Source of the DNA: Candidatus Woesearchaeota archaeon | GTDB lineage: Archaea > Nanobdellota > Nanobdellia > Woesearchaeales > GW2011-AR15 | Direction of reading: 5' to 3' | NCBI GenBank assembly: GCA_038874655.1 | Contig: JAVZBY010000009.1 | Location: 1-43,155 of the forward strand | Length of the DNA: 43,155 bases | Part shown: one piece after another, positions 8,576-18,538 of the stretch | Layout: each line of letters starts with the position of its first letter | Position numbering within the stretch: position 1 is the first letter of the stretch | Program-made: the position numbers and the translations under genes | Notes under the pieces: model-generated | The model's database searches: none | Told to the model about the DNA's origin: nothing | The model's input: only the letters and a program-made list of their open reading frames with translations

Positions 8576-11164
8576 TTATTTCCTATTTAATCTTTTTTTT
8601 GCTAAATTATCTAATTCATCAAAAACAACATCTTCTTTTTCGCTTTTTTCTTTTTCTGTTTCTTTTTGTTCTGCAAACTCATCAAATATGGATTTCATTT
8701 TCCTAAGTTTTAATTGTTCTTTTTTTCTTTTGATTAAATAATCCGGATCTGCTTCTGCAATTGGTCTATAATCATTATTTGGTTTTATTTCTTTAAATTC
8801 TGGATTTGGGTAAAAAGATTGTTGATTCTGCATTTGTGTTTTTTGAAATAAATTTTGATGATTTATATTTGGATTTTCAAATTTATTTTGTGAAATAGTA
8901 TTTGGTGTTTGTTTATCTTGAATTCCTGTTTGCGTTTTTTTATAGGTGTTAGTTAGATTAATATTGAAAGAAGATTTTGGCATTTTTTTTATTACAAAAT
9001 ATATTCCAACAGATAACAAAGATACTAACAATATAATTAAGATTATTGTTATTGTATAATTTTTAGGATAACTTTCAGAATCTAATGGATCTGTTTCTTT
9101 TTCAATTTCTATTTTGTCAGAAAAACCATCTCCATCACTATCTTTTTCATCAACTTTTGTACCATAAGTTAGGCATTCTTCTTTATTTGTTAAACCATCT
9201 TCATCATTATCATCATCAGCATCATTTTTATTAGGATTTAAACCACATTCTATTTCTTTTTTATTTGAGATTCCATCTTTATCTGTGTCTAAATCATTTG
9301 GATATTTTGTTTTATCTAATGGGTCTGTTTTTTTTTCAATTTCAATCTTATCATCTGCTCCATCTTCATCTGTGTCTTTTTTTCTAATATCTGTTTTATA
9401 AGTTAGGCATTCTTCTTTATTTGTTAAACCATCTTTATCAAAATCTGCGTCTGCATCTGTAGAATTAAATTTGTCTAAGCCACATCTTTCTTCATCTACA
9501 TCTAATATTCCATCTTCGTCTGAATCTAGATTGGAAGTATCACAGATAATAGGCAATTTAACACAGACATCTTGAACACATTGTAATGCTTTTTTTCTTA
9601 AACAGCATTCTGTTATATTTGTTTCTGTACAATTCTCAATTTTAAAGTTCATTACTTTTTGTGTTGTTAAATTTTTTGAATTTGTCGAGAAATAGCATAA
9701 ATTTGTTGTATTATCAATATTAATTGTAGAGAGATATCTTCTTGAATTATTACACACATCTGAGAAAGAATAATTAATTGTACATTGTCCATATACATCT
9801 GAACAACTTAAATTAACCATAATGTTTTTTCCTGTGAAGATAGCTGATAAATTTAATACTGGTGGTTTTAAGAAACATTCGGATTCTGGATTTATGTATA
9901 TAGATTGAGATTTAACAATAGAACTGTTTTGGCCTGCAATATTTTGAGCATATGCTAATAAATAATATGTTTCACCTCTTGTGAAATTATATTCTATATT
10001 AATAAATGACGAACTTGTAAATAAATTGCTCAGTAATGTGTAATTTGAGTTATTAACTAATGTGTAATAATAACCTCTAATCCCAGTATTATTTATAATA
10101 AAAGTTGCATTTATGCTTGTATTATCACATGTTGTTCTTGTTGCATTTATTATTAAATTTGATGGAGAAGATAAAGATACTATAAAAGATATGTCTTGAT
10201 ATAAGGTAGAAGGTTCTCCTTGATCAAAATCACACCTTATTTTATAGGTGTAAGAACCTTCGTTTAAATTAGATAATTGAATAAAATGCTCTTTTTTGTT
10301 GAGTTGTGGAAAAAAGTTCATATAGTTTTCGCCATATTTGCAATTACTATTTCTATTTGTTATTACTAATAGTTCAAGGCTTCTATTAAAAATAATTCCA
10401 CTTGGTTTTGTTTCTAAAATTTTATTTTTTTCAGATAAATTTGTTTTAAAATTAATTTTTTCGATTTTTGAAAATAATTGTGCTAAATTCATACAACTTA
10501 CAAAAAAGGTGTAATTTTTATTATCCTCTAATTTTGGAGTTGTTTGATCTGTTAAAGTTAATATATGTCTTTTCCTAAAACTAGAAATATTTGAACTATT
10601 AAAAAAACTAAAATATTCTTCTATATCTGGTTGAGTTAAATCAAATCTACAAATAGTTAGATCATCTGTTTCAACTATAAGCTGAACATATAATTTTTCA
10701 ATTACATAATCTGGAATTGCTAATAAATTTAAAAATTGGGGTTCTGTTCTATCTAAAACTAGAGTAAAGTTTATTGGAAAACCATCATTTACATAATTAT
10801 TATCTAATGTTTTACATAAGATAAATATTTTTTTTTCTTCGTTTTCTGGGATATTCAACTGAAAATCTTTTATAATATGATCATAAGGTGATTCTGTGCT
10901 AAAAAAATTACTTGGACTTGTTATCTCAGAATAATTTAAGTTTGGATTATATGTATATTTACAATTAGATGCATTACTTGTTTTTATTCTTAAATCAAAT
11001 CTATCTACTTGTGTGCCTCCATATTTTGGTTCTATTAAGGTTATGTTTATTAAACTACTATTTGGTTTAGTTTGTTCTGTTTGTGCATTTAAAAAATCTA
11101 TATTTAGATAATATATAGTTAATAGTACTAAAAATATTAAAAAAGATTTATTTATTTTTTCCAT
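8576..11164 (-). CDS. Large single-pass surface protein with Ig-like repeats, Ca-binding DxDxDG repeats, TM helix and cytoplasmic tail
   Basis: Signal peptide; many N-x-S/T sequons; DSDEDG/DTDKDG repeats; TM ITIILIILLVSLLSVGIYFVI; SD GAGGT. Confidence 0.8.
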   Translation of the reverse strand: MEKINKSFLIFLVLLTIYYLNIDFLNAQTEQTKPNSSLINITLIEPKYGGTQVDRFDLRIKTSNASNCKYTYNPNLNYSEITSPSNFFSTESPYDHIIKDFQLNIPENEEKKIFILCKTLDNNYVNDGFPINFTLVLDRTEPQFLNLLAIPDYVIEKLYVQLIVETDDLTICRFDLTQPDIEEYFSFFNSSNISSFRKRHILTLTDQTTPKLEDNKNYTFFVSCMNLAQLFSKIEKINFKTNLSEKNKILETKPSGIIFNRSLELLVITNRNSNCKYGENYMNFFPQLNKKEHFIQLSNLNEGSYTYKIRCDFDQGEPSTLYQDISFIVSLSSPSNLIINATRTTCDNTSINATFIINNTGIRGYYYTLVNNSNYTLLSNLFTSSSFINIEYNFTRGETYYLLAYAQNIAGQNSSIVKSQSIYINPESECFLKPPVLNLSAIFTGKNIMVNLSCSDVYGQCTINYSFSDVCNNSRRYLSTINIDNTTNLCYFSTNSKNLTTQKVMNFKIENCTETNITECCLRKKALQCVQDVCVKLPIICDTSNLDSDEDGILDVDEERCGLDKFNSTDADADFDKDGLTNKEECLTYKTDIRKKDTDEDGADDKIEIEKKTDPLDKTKYPNDLDTDKDGISNKKEIECGLNPNKNDADDDNDEDGLTNKEECLTYGTKVDEKDSDGDGFSDKIEIEKETDPLDSESYPKNYTITIILIILLVSLLSVGIYFVIKKMPKSSFNINLTNTYKKTQTGIQDKQTPNTISQNKFENPNINHQNLFQKTQMQNQQSFYPNPEFKEIKPNNDYRPIAEADPDYLIKRKKEQLKLRKMKSIFDEFAEQKETEKEKSEKEDVVFDELDNLAKKRLNRK
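9070..9530 (-). repeat. Intragenic tandem duplication, 234-bp (78-aa) period, Ca-binding repeats
   Basis: ataagttaggcattcttctttatttgttaaaccatct at 9164 and 9398; DGLTNKEECLTY and DKIEIEK.TDPLD each occur twice. Confidence 0.85.
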
Positions 11165-11210
11165 ATATTACCTCTTTTTTATTTTTAAAAATTTAAATTT
11201 TTATGAAATT

Positions 11211-13220
11211 TTAAGGAATTGTTAAATCATATAATGCTTGAGCAAATTTTGTATTGCCTATTGCCAATAATTCATATGTAAATGTGCCTTTTCCTGGTTG
11301 TGTGTCTTCAAAAGAGGTTAATTGACAATCATTTGTTTTATGCAATAGGTTTCTATTTTTAAGTAAGGTTAATTCTTTACAATCACCATACACTTGCCAT
11401 GTTATTTTTACTTTGTTGTTATCTAAAACAGCTTTAAAATCTTTTATGTAAGTGAAATCGTTTGATGTTGATGCATATATTATTTCTGTGTCTGATTTAT
11501 CTTTTCTAGATAAGGTTAATTTATAATAATAAATTTTATCTTTTTGTAAATTTTGATCTAAATAATTTAAATCTTTTCCTTCATAAATTAAGGGTGCTGT
11601 GTTAAAGTTTTCTGTTTCAGATCTATATAGTTTAAAAGATCCATAAGGATATTTTGCATCCCATATTAAATAAATTGTATTGTCTGTACTATATAGTTTT
11701 TTGAATTGTGTTATATCTTGTATTTCTGAGTTTGTGCAAAATTCATCTTGCTTTTTATCTTCAATTGTGTTTTTTCTAATTATTAATGTATAATTATAAC
11801 ATTTATCTTTCTCTAAATTTTCATCAATATATTTTGTTTTTGTGCTGTCATTTAAAATTAAATCATCATTTCTATATAACAAAATTTCATCAGGATATCC
11901 ATCAAAAGACCATTGTAATTCAATTGTGTTATCTGTAAATGATTTTTTGTCAAATGCATTTATTTTGATTAGGTCTATCTTAATTTTTATAGAAACTGGT
12001 TTACTTTCTTTTATATCTTTTGTTGAATTATATGCATATATTGTATAGTTATATTCTACATCAAGTTCTATATCTGAGTCATTATAGTTATTTATAGTTA
12101 TGTTAGCTAATAAGATATCATTTTTCTTTATTATATAGTATTCTGCTTCAGGATTATTGTCCCAGGTTAATTTTATTTCTCCTTCTATGTATTCTGCTTT
12201 AAAATTTTCTACTGGTTTTGTTTGCGTAATCTCTGGTGTTTTTATTGTTATTGTTTTATTTTTGCTTTCTTTTATGTCATAGGTTTCATTATATGTTGAA
12301 ACAGAATAAGTATATTCTGTGTTAGAAGTTATTTCTGTATCTTCATAGGTTGTGGATTCTAAATTTAATTGTTTAACTCCATTTTTATAAATTATATAAT
12401 ATTGTGCTTCTGGATTTGTATCCCAAGTTAAGATTATTTTACCTTCTTTATATTCTGCTTTCAGGTTTTCTATTTCTGGAGTTTGTGTTTCTTGATTTGT
12501 TTCTTGATTATTTTGATTGTTATCTAAAAATTCTTTTACGCTATTTAATCTAACATAAAAATCTGGTTTATAACCATCTACTATTTGTTGTGATTCAACT
12601 AAGAGCCAACATTCATTATTCCTTAATGCTGAGTCAAATACTAAAAGTTCTGTTTCATAAGATAATCCAATATCTGTCGGATAATCACCAAAAGAATCGC
12701 AAAAGTTTCTATCCCTAGTGTCTAAAACTTTATTGGATTTGAATTTTTTATTTATATATTGATCATGTTCATTACATTTTTCTAATTGTGTTATTTGATT
12801 ATTACATTTTTCTTGATTATCTGTGTTTTGAGAATTTTGATTTGATGTGTCTGTAGTAGTGTCTGATGATGATGTTGTATCTCCTTGAGAAGTTGAACTT
12901 GGATAACCACTACTACTGGGATCTGATGATGAAGAAGATGGTAGCGAATTTTTATTATTACCAGAATCTTGATTTGTAAATGTTTGTGTAGTCAAATCAT
13001 AAATTTTATCTTGTGAAAAAAGGCATGATGGATTATAATTAAAAGTAAGGGTTCCTTTGGTTGTTTGTTGTGGTTCAGGTAAACTTTGAGATACTGAACT
13101 AGAACTAGTATCTGTTGAAGTTTCTGAACTTTGATTCTCACAACTAAATAATAATATCATAAATATGAAAATCAAAAATAAATATTTATTACTGTTTTTC
13201 TGAGGAATCTTTTTTTTCAT
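11211..13220 (-). CDS. Predicted lipoprotein with Ser/Thr-rich linker and about five fibronectin type III-like domains
   Basis: Lipobox-like LLFSC; repeated LTW...Y.I.KN...Y.D......Y.Y units; overlaps the upstream gene by 32 bp. Confidence 0.8.
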   Translation of the reverse strand: MKKKIPQKNSNKYLFLIFIFMILLFSCENQSSETSTDTSSSSVSQSLPEPQQTTKGTLTFNYNPSCLFSQDKIYDLTTQTFTNQDSGNNKNSLPSSSSSDPSSSGYPSSTSQGDTTSSSDTTTDTSNQNSQNTDNQEKCNNQITQLEKCNEHDQYINKKFKSNKVLDTRDRNFCDSFGDYPTDIGLSYETELLVFDSALRNNECWLLVESQQIVDGYKPDFYVRLNSVKEFLDNNQNNQETNQETQTPEIENLKAEYKEGKIILTWDTNPEAQYYIIYKNGVKQLNLESTTYEDTEITSNTEYTYSVSTYNETYDIKESKNKTITIKTPEITQTKPVENFKAEYIEGEIKLTWDNNPEAEYYIIKKNDILLANITINNYNDSDIELDVEYNYTIYAYNSTKDIKESKPVSIKIKIDLIKINAFDKKSFTDNTIELQWSFDGYPDEILLYRNDDLILNDSTKTKYIDENLEKDKCYNYTLIIRKNTIEDKKQDEFCTNSEIQDITQFKKLYSTDNTIYLIWDAKYPYGSFKLYRSETENFNTAPLIYEGKDLNYLDQNLQKDKIYYYKLTLSRKDKSDTEIIYASTSNDFTYIKDFKAVLDNNKVKITWQVYGDCKELTLLKNRNLLHKTNDCQLTSFEDTQPGKGTFTYELLAIGNTKFAQALYDLTIP

Positions 13221-15564
13221 CTTTTATTTCTCCACATAAATTACAATCTGTTGAGTCTTTCCAAATACCATAATAATTATTATAAGGTTGGCATTCATAA
13301 CATCTAGTATCTACTATTATTTTTCTATTAATTAATGAAGCTGCACAACAATTTGGGCTATTATCTAAAGATGAAATGCATTTGAAATAAACACAATTTT
13401 GATTTGAGTCTTTCCAGATAAAGTTCTTCTCATTTTTTTCACATTTCTTACATTTTCCATCAATAAAATCATATTTGTCTTTTGAGTCTTCATTGCATAA
13501 AATATTATAATCTTCTTTTACACCACTTCCTTTAAACAATATTTGTGCTGCACCCATTAAACAAGCATCTGGATTTTTATTATCAAGCTTACTATTTTTT
13601 GATTCAATTGTGAATTCTAAAATAACATCAGTTGAGCAATCATCTTTTTCATCTTTTTTTTGGCATGTATCTCCACTTTTAAATTTTTTAAAATGCGCAT
13701 TTAATATTTGACAATCATCGTCATCATAACAAATAGGAGTTATATCTATGCTTAAAGTGTGGGTAGTAGTTTGACTACTTCCCCCTGAAGAAGAGGTACT
13801 AGGAAGAGTATATTCAACAGTAATTGTTTCTCTTTGTTTTATTTGAGACTGAGCTCTTGGTAAATTAACATCTATTCCCTCTCCTGCTGAAATTGCCTTT
13901 TCCGTTTTAGTCTCATCATTTTTTTGTGCAATACAACTATCACCTAAACCTTTAAAATGAATTTCATAAACTTGTCTTGCTTTTAAATCATCATATTTTT
14001 CATAAGCACATGATTCTAAGCCGCAGAAGTAAAGATAATTATTATCATATTTTACATTTTCTATTTTTATAATTTTACCTTTAATTTCTGAACCACATTC
14101 ACCTTCTAATTTATAATTAGTTGATGAAATAAATTTTTTATTTTGACTTAATTGATTTACTAAATCAAGAAAAGTTTTTAATTCCTCTAAATTAAAAGTT
14201 TTTCCGTTTATTGTTGTTGATGTTTTTTCAGTATCAAATTTTACATTTTCTTTATTAAATTCTGTAATTAAATCAGTTGTTTCATCTGCAAAATCCAAAA
14301 ACACATATCTTTTATTATCATCATCACAAACACATCTTTGAACACCGCATTTGTCTTTATCTTCTTTTATTTCAGAACACTCATTTGAAAAATCCATACA
14401 ATTATTATTACTATCTTTAAAAAAGAAATCGTTGTTTATTGTGGTTGGAGATCTTGTTGCTGTTGTTTTTATTCCATCAACAGTGCATTCATTACCACTT
14501 AAAAATTCAACTTCTTCTAATTTTTTTGTTCCTTCTTTTATTGCTACAGATGATGCTTCTTTGTATAATTGTCCTGGATAAATTGGATTTTTTTTATCAA
14601 AATTTTCAACATATTGCCATTCATTACAATCTCTACAACCTTCTTTTATTAATACAGGTGTTATTATTTGGTTTATTGCATTTTCAGAACCACATCTCAC
14701 AACACTTCCATAAATACTAAAATGCTTTGTTTCAACTGTTAAAACATTATTAACAGGATCAACCTTAGTAGGCAAACCAATCCAAATTCCTAAATTATCT
14801 GGATAATAGCCAACTTTAATGTCTTCTTCTTTAATAAATGGCGGAATTTCCCAATCTTCATAAAAATAATATATCTTTACTGGCTTAGAAAATACTGCTC
14901 CATGTGGAATTAAATTATAAGCAGTCATTCCCATCAAAACTGAATTACTTAATGCATTAAAATTTCTATCTAATTGTTTTATTCCAACTGAACTTACAGG
15001 TTTTCCATCTAAAATTGCTTCTGTTTCAGGAGGAATTTCAATTTTTATTTTCTTGTCAGCTGAAAAAACAATTGTTTCAGAATTTTTATTTAATCTTTCC
15101 ATAACAGTTCTAGGATATGTGTAGATTGATTTATCAAAAGACAATTTTAAATTATCTTTTTGCAAATTTATTTTATAACTAACCTCTGCAATTAAAGCAT
15201 CATTAGTTATTTTAATATTAACATTTGGTTTTTGTTCCTCTACAACATAACCTAAATCTTTATATGAATTTAAATTTAAACAATTTGGAAGATATTTCTC
15301 AACATGGGATTTTATCATGGGTGGTGAATTAACTCTATTTAGACCATACAATTTTTCTCCTTCAATAACTATTTCTTTTATACAAGAATCAACTTTTGAT
15401 CTAAATATATCTTGTTCAACTTTCTTGTTTATATTTTGCTCTTTATTTGGCTTTAATGATAAAAAGACAATGCTAATAATTAATATAATTAAAATACCAA
15501 TTATAAAAAATATTGTTATTTGAGACTTTTTAACACACTTATTATCAAAATTAAATCTAATAAT
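13189..15564 (-). CDS. Large pilin-like adhesin: class III signal, ZU5-like domain ending in HFS, Cys-rich C-terminal region
   Basis: Frame extends 5' of the TTG at 15351 through KKSQITIFFIIGILIILIIS; no ATG/GTG/TTG upstream; ATT codons at 15564/15561 follow GGGTGGGT. Confidence 0.7.
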   Translation of the reverse strand: MIRFNFDNKCVKKSQITIFFIIGILIILIISIVFLSLKPNKEQNINKKVEQDIFRSKVDSCIKEIVIEGEKLYGLNRVNSPPMIKSHVEKYLPNCLNLNSYKDLGYVVEEQKPNVNIKITNDALIAEVSYKINLQKDNLKLSFDKSIYTYPRTVMERLNKNSETIVFSADKKIKIEIPPETEAILDGKPVSSVGIKQLDRNFNALSNSVLMGMTAYNLIPHGAVFSKPVKIYYFYEDWEIPPFIKEEDIKVGYYPDNLGIWIGLPTKVDPVNNVLTVETKHFSIYGSVVRCGSENAINQIITPVLIKEGCRDCNEWQYVENFDKKNPIYPGQLYKEASSVAIKEGTKKLEEVEFLSGNECTVDGIKTTATRSPTTINNDFFFKDSNNNCMDFSNECSEIKEDKDKCGVQRCVCDDDNKRYVFLDFADETTDLITEFNKENVKFDTEKTSTTINGKTFNLEELKTFLDLVNQLSQNKKFISSTNYKLEGECGSEIKGKIIKIENVKYDNNYLYFCGLESCAYEKYDDLKARQVYEIHFKGLGDSCIAQKNDETKTEKAISAGEGIDVNLPRAQSQIKQRETITVEYTLPSTSSSGGSSQTTTHTLSIDITPICYDDDDCQILNAHFKKFKSGDTCQKKDEKDDCSTDVILEFTIESKNSKLDNKNPDACLMGAAQILFKGSGVKEDYNILCNEDSKDKYDFIDGKCKKCEKNEKNFIWKDSNQNCVYFKCISSLDNSPNCCAASLINRKIIVDTRCYECQPYNNYYGIWKDSTDCNLCGEIKDEKKDSSEKQ

Positions 15565-15681
15565 TTTTACCCACCCATGACTTTATCTTTAAGACAATAA
15601 TATTTAATTTTAATTTATAAACATTTTTATTTTTAAGTTAAAATGAATAATTTTTTTAATTAACTAAAAAACCATTATATA

Positions 15682-17016
15682 ATGATAGAAATTCATGCAA
15701 TTGGCGGCTATTCTGAAATAGGAAAAAATATGACTTTAATTAAGTATAAAGATGAATCTGTTATATTAGATATGGGTATTCATTTAGAAAATTATATAAA
15801 ATATATGGGAGATAATGAGTTAGACGAAGAAAAAGAAAAAAAAGTAAGTTATTATGATTTAAAAAATGCAAATGCTATACCAGATGATTCTAAGATTGAT
15901 AGAAAAAAGGTTTTAGCAATTATTCCTAGTCATGCTCATTTAGATCATATTGGAGCTATTCCTTTTATGGCTAAAAGATATGATTGTCCAATATTATGTT
16001 CTAATTATACTGCTTCTGTGATAAAAGCAATATTAAATGATAAAAAAGAAGAAATTCCTAATGAGATTATAATATTGGATATAAATAAACCATATAAATT
16101 ATCTGATTCTATTAGTGTTGAATTAATAAGCATAACACATAGCATACCCAATGCCACAATTATTTTAATACATACACCAGATGGAAAAATTGCTTATACA
16201 AATGATTTCAAATTTGATGATAGCCCTGTAATGGGAAAACCAACTGATTACAATACATTAAAAGAAATAAAACCAAAAATTCTTTTTTTAGATTCATTAT
16301 ACTCAGATAAAGATAGAAAAACACCTTCTGAGAAAAATGCTAAAAAAATGTTAAATGAACTATTATTAAATTTAGAAGCAAAAGATAATGCAATTATAAT
16401 AACAACATTTTCTTCGCATATTGCAAGATTAAAAACAATTATAGAATTAGGTGAAAAATTAAACAGAAAAGTTGTTTTGTTAGGAAGAAGTTTAGCAAAA
16501 TATGTTTATGCTGCTGAAGATATTGGAATTATAGATTTTTCAAAAAAAGCTAAAATAATTTCTTATAAAAGTCAAATTGCTAGATATTTAAAAAAAATAC
16601 AAAAAGAAGGAAAGAAAAATTATTTAATTATTGCAACAGGGCATCAAGGTGAAAAAGATGCTGTTTTATCAGAAATTGCTAATGATAAATTTAAATTTAA
16701 ATTGGAAAAAGATGATGTTGTTGTTTTTTCATGCAACACAATTCCAAGTGAATTAAATATTGAAAACAGAAGAATATTAGAAGAAAATTTATCAGAAAAA
16801 GGTGTTAGAATTTTCAAAGATGTCCATGAATCTGGACATGCATCAAGACAAGATCATAAAGAAATGATTGAATTATTAAAACCTAAGCACATAATTCCTA
16901 GTCATGTTAATAAAGAAAAAGCTCTTTACTTAGTTTCATTGGCAGAAGAATTAGGTTATAAAAATGGAAAAGATGTTCATGTATTAGAAGATGGGAATGT
17001 ATTAGAAATAAAATAA
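15682..17016 (+). CDS. rnj: Ribonuclease J (MBL/beta-CASP)
   Basis: GGYSEIGKNMT, SHAHLDHIG, HSIP, DFKFD, TGHQGE, HESGHA. Confidence 0.93.
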   Translation: MIEIHAIGGYSEIGKNMTLIKYKDESVILDMGIHLENYIKYMGDNELDEEKEKKVSYYDLKNANAIPDDSKIDRKKVLAIIPSHAHLDHIGAIPFMAKRYDCPILCSNYTASVIKAILNDKKEEIPNEIIILDINKPYKLSDSISVELISITHSIPNATIILIHTPDGKIAYTNDFKFDDSPVMGKPTDYNTLKEIKPKILFLDSLYSDKDRKTPSEKNAKKMLNELLLNLEAKDNAIIITTFSSHIARLKTIIELGEKLNRKVVLLGRSLAKYVYAAEDIGIIDFSKKAKIISYKSQIARYLKKIQKEGKKNYLIIATGHQGEKDAVLSEIANDKFKFKLEKDDVVVFSCNTIPSELNIENRRILEENLSEKGVRIFKDVHESGHASRQDHKEMIELLKPKHIIPSHVNKEKALYLVSLAEELGYKNGKDVHVLEDGNVLEIK

Positions 17017-17039
17017 ATTATAAATAAATTGTAAAAAAA

Positions 17040-17612
17040 TCACTTAAAATTTATTAAACCAAAAATTCCATTTGAAATCATTTCTATTGAAATTGCTAAC
17101 AAAAATAAACCTAAGATTCTTGAAAGCATATTTACAATTTTAGGATCTACTTTTGAAACTAATAAAGAAAAAATAAAGAAAACTAAACCAACTAACAAAA
17201 ATGCCCATGGTAAATTAGCTAAAACAACAAACTTACCTAGTTCTATTGTTTTTAAAGTTATAAACGAAATTGTTGCTGGACCTGTTAACATTGGTGTTGC
17301 TATGATTGTAATTAAGCTATCAATATTTCTATAATCTGATTTTTCTTTTTCATGTGGCCTAACCATGTCTAATGCCAATAAAAATAATACTATGCCACCT
17401 GCTATTCTAAAAGTATTTATAGTTATTCCAAAAATACTAAATAATATAGGACCTATTAATGCCATAATAACAGCAATAATAAAAGCTGTTAAAACTGCTT
17501 TTATTGTAATTATTTTAAGATTCATTTTTCTTTCATAAGCAGAAATTAGAAAAGGAAAGGAAGATAAAGGATTTAATAAAACAAAGATTTGTATAATTAA
17601 AGATATATCCAT
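17040..17612 (-). CDS. marC: MarC family membrane protein
   Basis: LNPL, FRIAGGIVLF, ATPMLTGPATI, RILGLFLLAI. Confidence 0.9.
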   Translation of the reverse strand: MDISLIIQIFVLLNPLSSFPFLISAYERKMNLKIITIKAVLTAFIIAVIMALIGPILFSIFGITINTFRIAGGIVLFLLALDMVRPHEKEKSDYRNIDSLITIIATPMLTGPATISFITLKTIELGKFVVLANLPWAFLLVGLVFFIFSLLVSKVDPKIVNMLSRILGLFLLAISIEMISNGIFGLINFK

Positions 17613-17629
17613 TTTAAAAAATACTCTTT

Positions 17630-17887
17630 TTATTTATTTTCTTTATTGAACATAGGCATACAACACTTTTCATTTTCATTACAATCTTTTGCTTTAATCT
17701 CTATTTCTGAAAGAGGATCACAAGCCATAACCTCTTTACAATCACCGCCTTTTAATCTACATCCTTCTGTTGTGTCATTTAAGTTTTTCACATTTCTACC
17801 TAATATAAAAATAAGAATTACTAAAACTAACATTGCTAAAATAGCAATTATAATTGTGTTTATTGATAAGGATTGTGCTTTTTTCAT
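17630..17887 (-). CDS. Mini-pilin with six-Cys (beta-defensin-like) head, copy 3
   Basis: MKKAQSLSINTIIIAIL; C-x6-C-x5-C-x12-C-x5-CC; ATG at 17887 overlaps the upstream TGA (ATGA). Confidence 0.8.
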   Translation of the reverse strand: MKKAQSLSINTIIIAILAMLVLVILIFILGRNVKNLNDTTEGCRLKGGDCKEVMACDPLSEIEIKAKDCNENEKCCMPMFNKENK

Positions 17888-18150
17888 TCTTTCCCGCTTA
17901 TTGGAATGCAACATAATTTATTTTTATCTTCGCACTTTCCAAATGGATGTAAAGTATAGCCATCATTGCATTGGTTATCTGTGAATTTATCACATGTTCC
18001 ACCATTTGAGATGCAACTATCTGTTGTTTTTGTAAATATTTTTATGTTGCCTGTTAATATTGCTATTAATAAAACTAAAACTAATAATGCCAATAAAGCT
18101 ATTATTATTGTGTTTATTGATAATGATTGTGCTTTTTTGAATTTTTTCAT
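17884..18150 (-). CDS. Mini-pilin with six-Cys (beta-defensin-like) head, copy 2
   Basis: KKAQSLSINTIIIALL; C-x6-C-x7-C-x11-C-x6-CC. Confidence 0.8.
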   Translation of the reverse strand: MKKFKKAQSLSINTIIIALLALLVLVLLIAILTGNIKIFTKTTDSCISNGGTCDKFTDNQCNDGYTLHPFGKCEDKNKLCCIPISGKE

Positions 18151-18168
18151 TTTAGTTAATTCTTGCTT

Positions 18169-18465
18169 TTATGTTTTTATACAGCAAACTTTAGTTTCAT
18201 CTATATCGCCATTTATTTTAAAACATTGATAGTTTCTATTTACTAAAGAATAATCTCCAGAGCATTTTTCATCAATTTCATTCTGATTAATGCAAACACC
18301 TTTGTGAGATTCACAAGAATCTGCTCCACGCCTAAATCTAGTCATATTTGTTGTAAATATCATAACTACTAATATCATAACTACTAATGCTATTGCTGCC
18401 ACTATAATTGTATTTATGGAAATAGATTGTGCTTTTTTATTATTTTTATAATCAAATTTTTTCAT
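18169..18465 (-). CDS. Mini-pilin with six-Cys (beta-defensin-like) head, copy 1
   Basis: KKAQSISINTIIVAAI; C-x6-C-x9-C-x12-C-x12-CC. Confidence 0.8.
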   Translation of the reverse strand: MKKFDYKNNKKAQSISINTIIVAAIALVVMILVVMIFTTNMTRFRRGADSCESHKGVCINQNEIDEKCSGDYSLVNRNYQCFKINGDIDETKVCCIKT

Positions 18466-18538
18466 TTTATTATTATAATGTTTTGATAAAAGTATATAAA
18501 AATTTCTATTTTAAATTTTCTCATAATTTTATTAAAAA

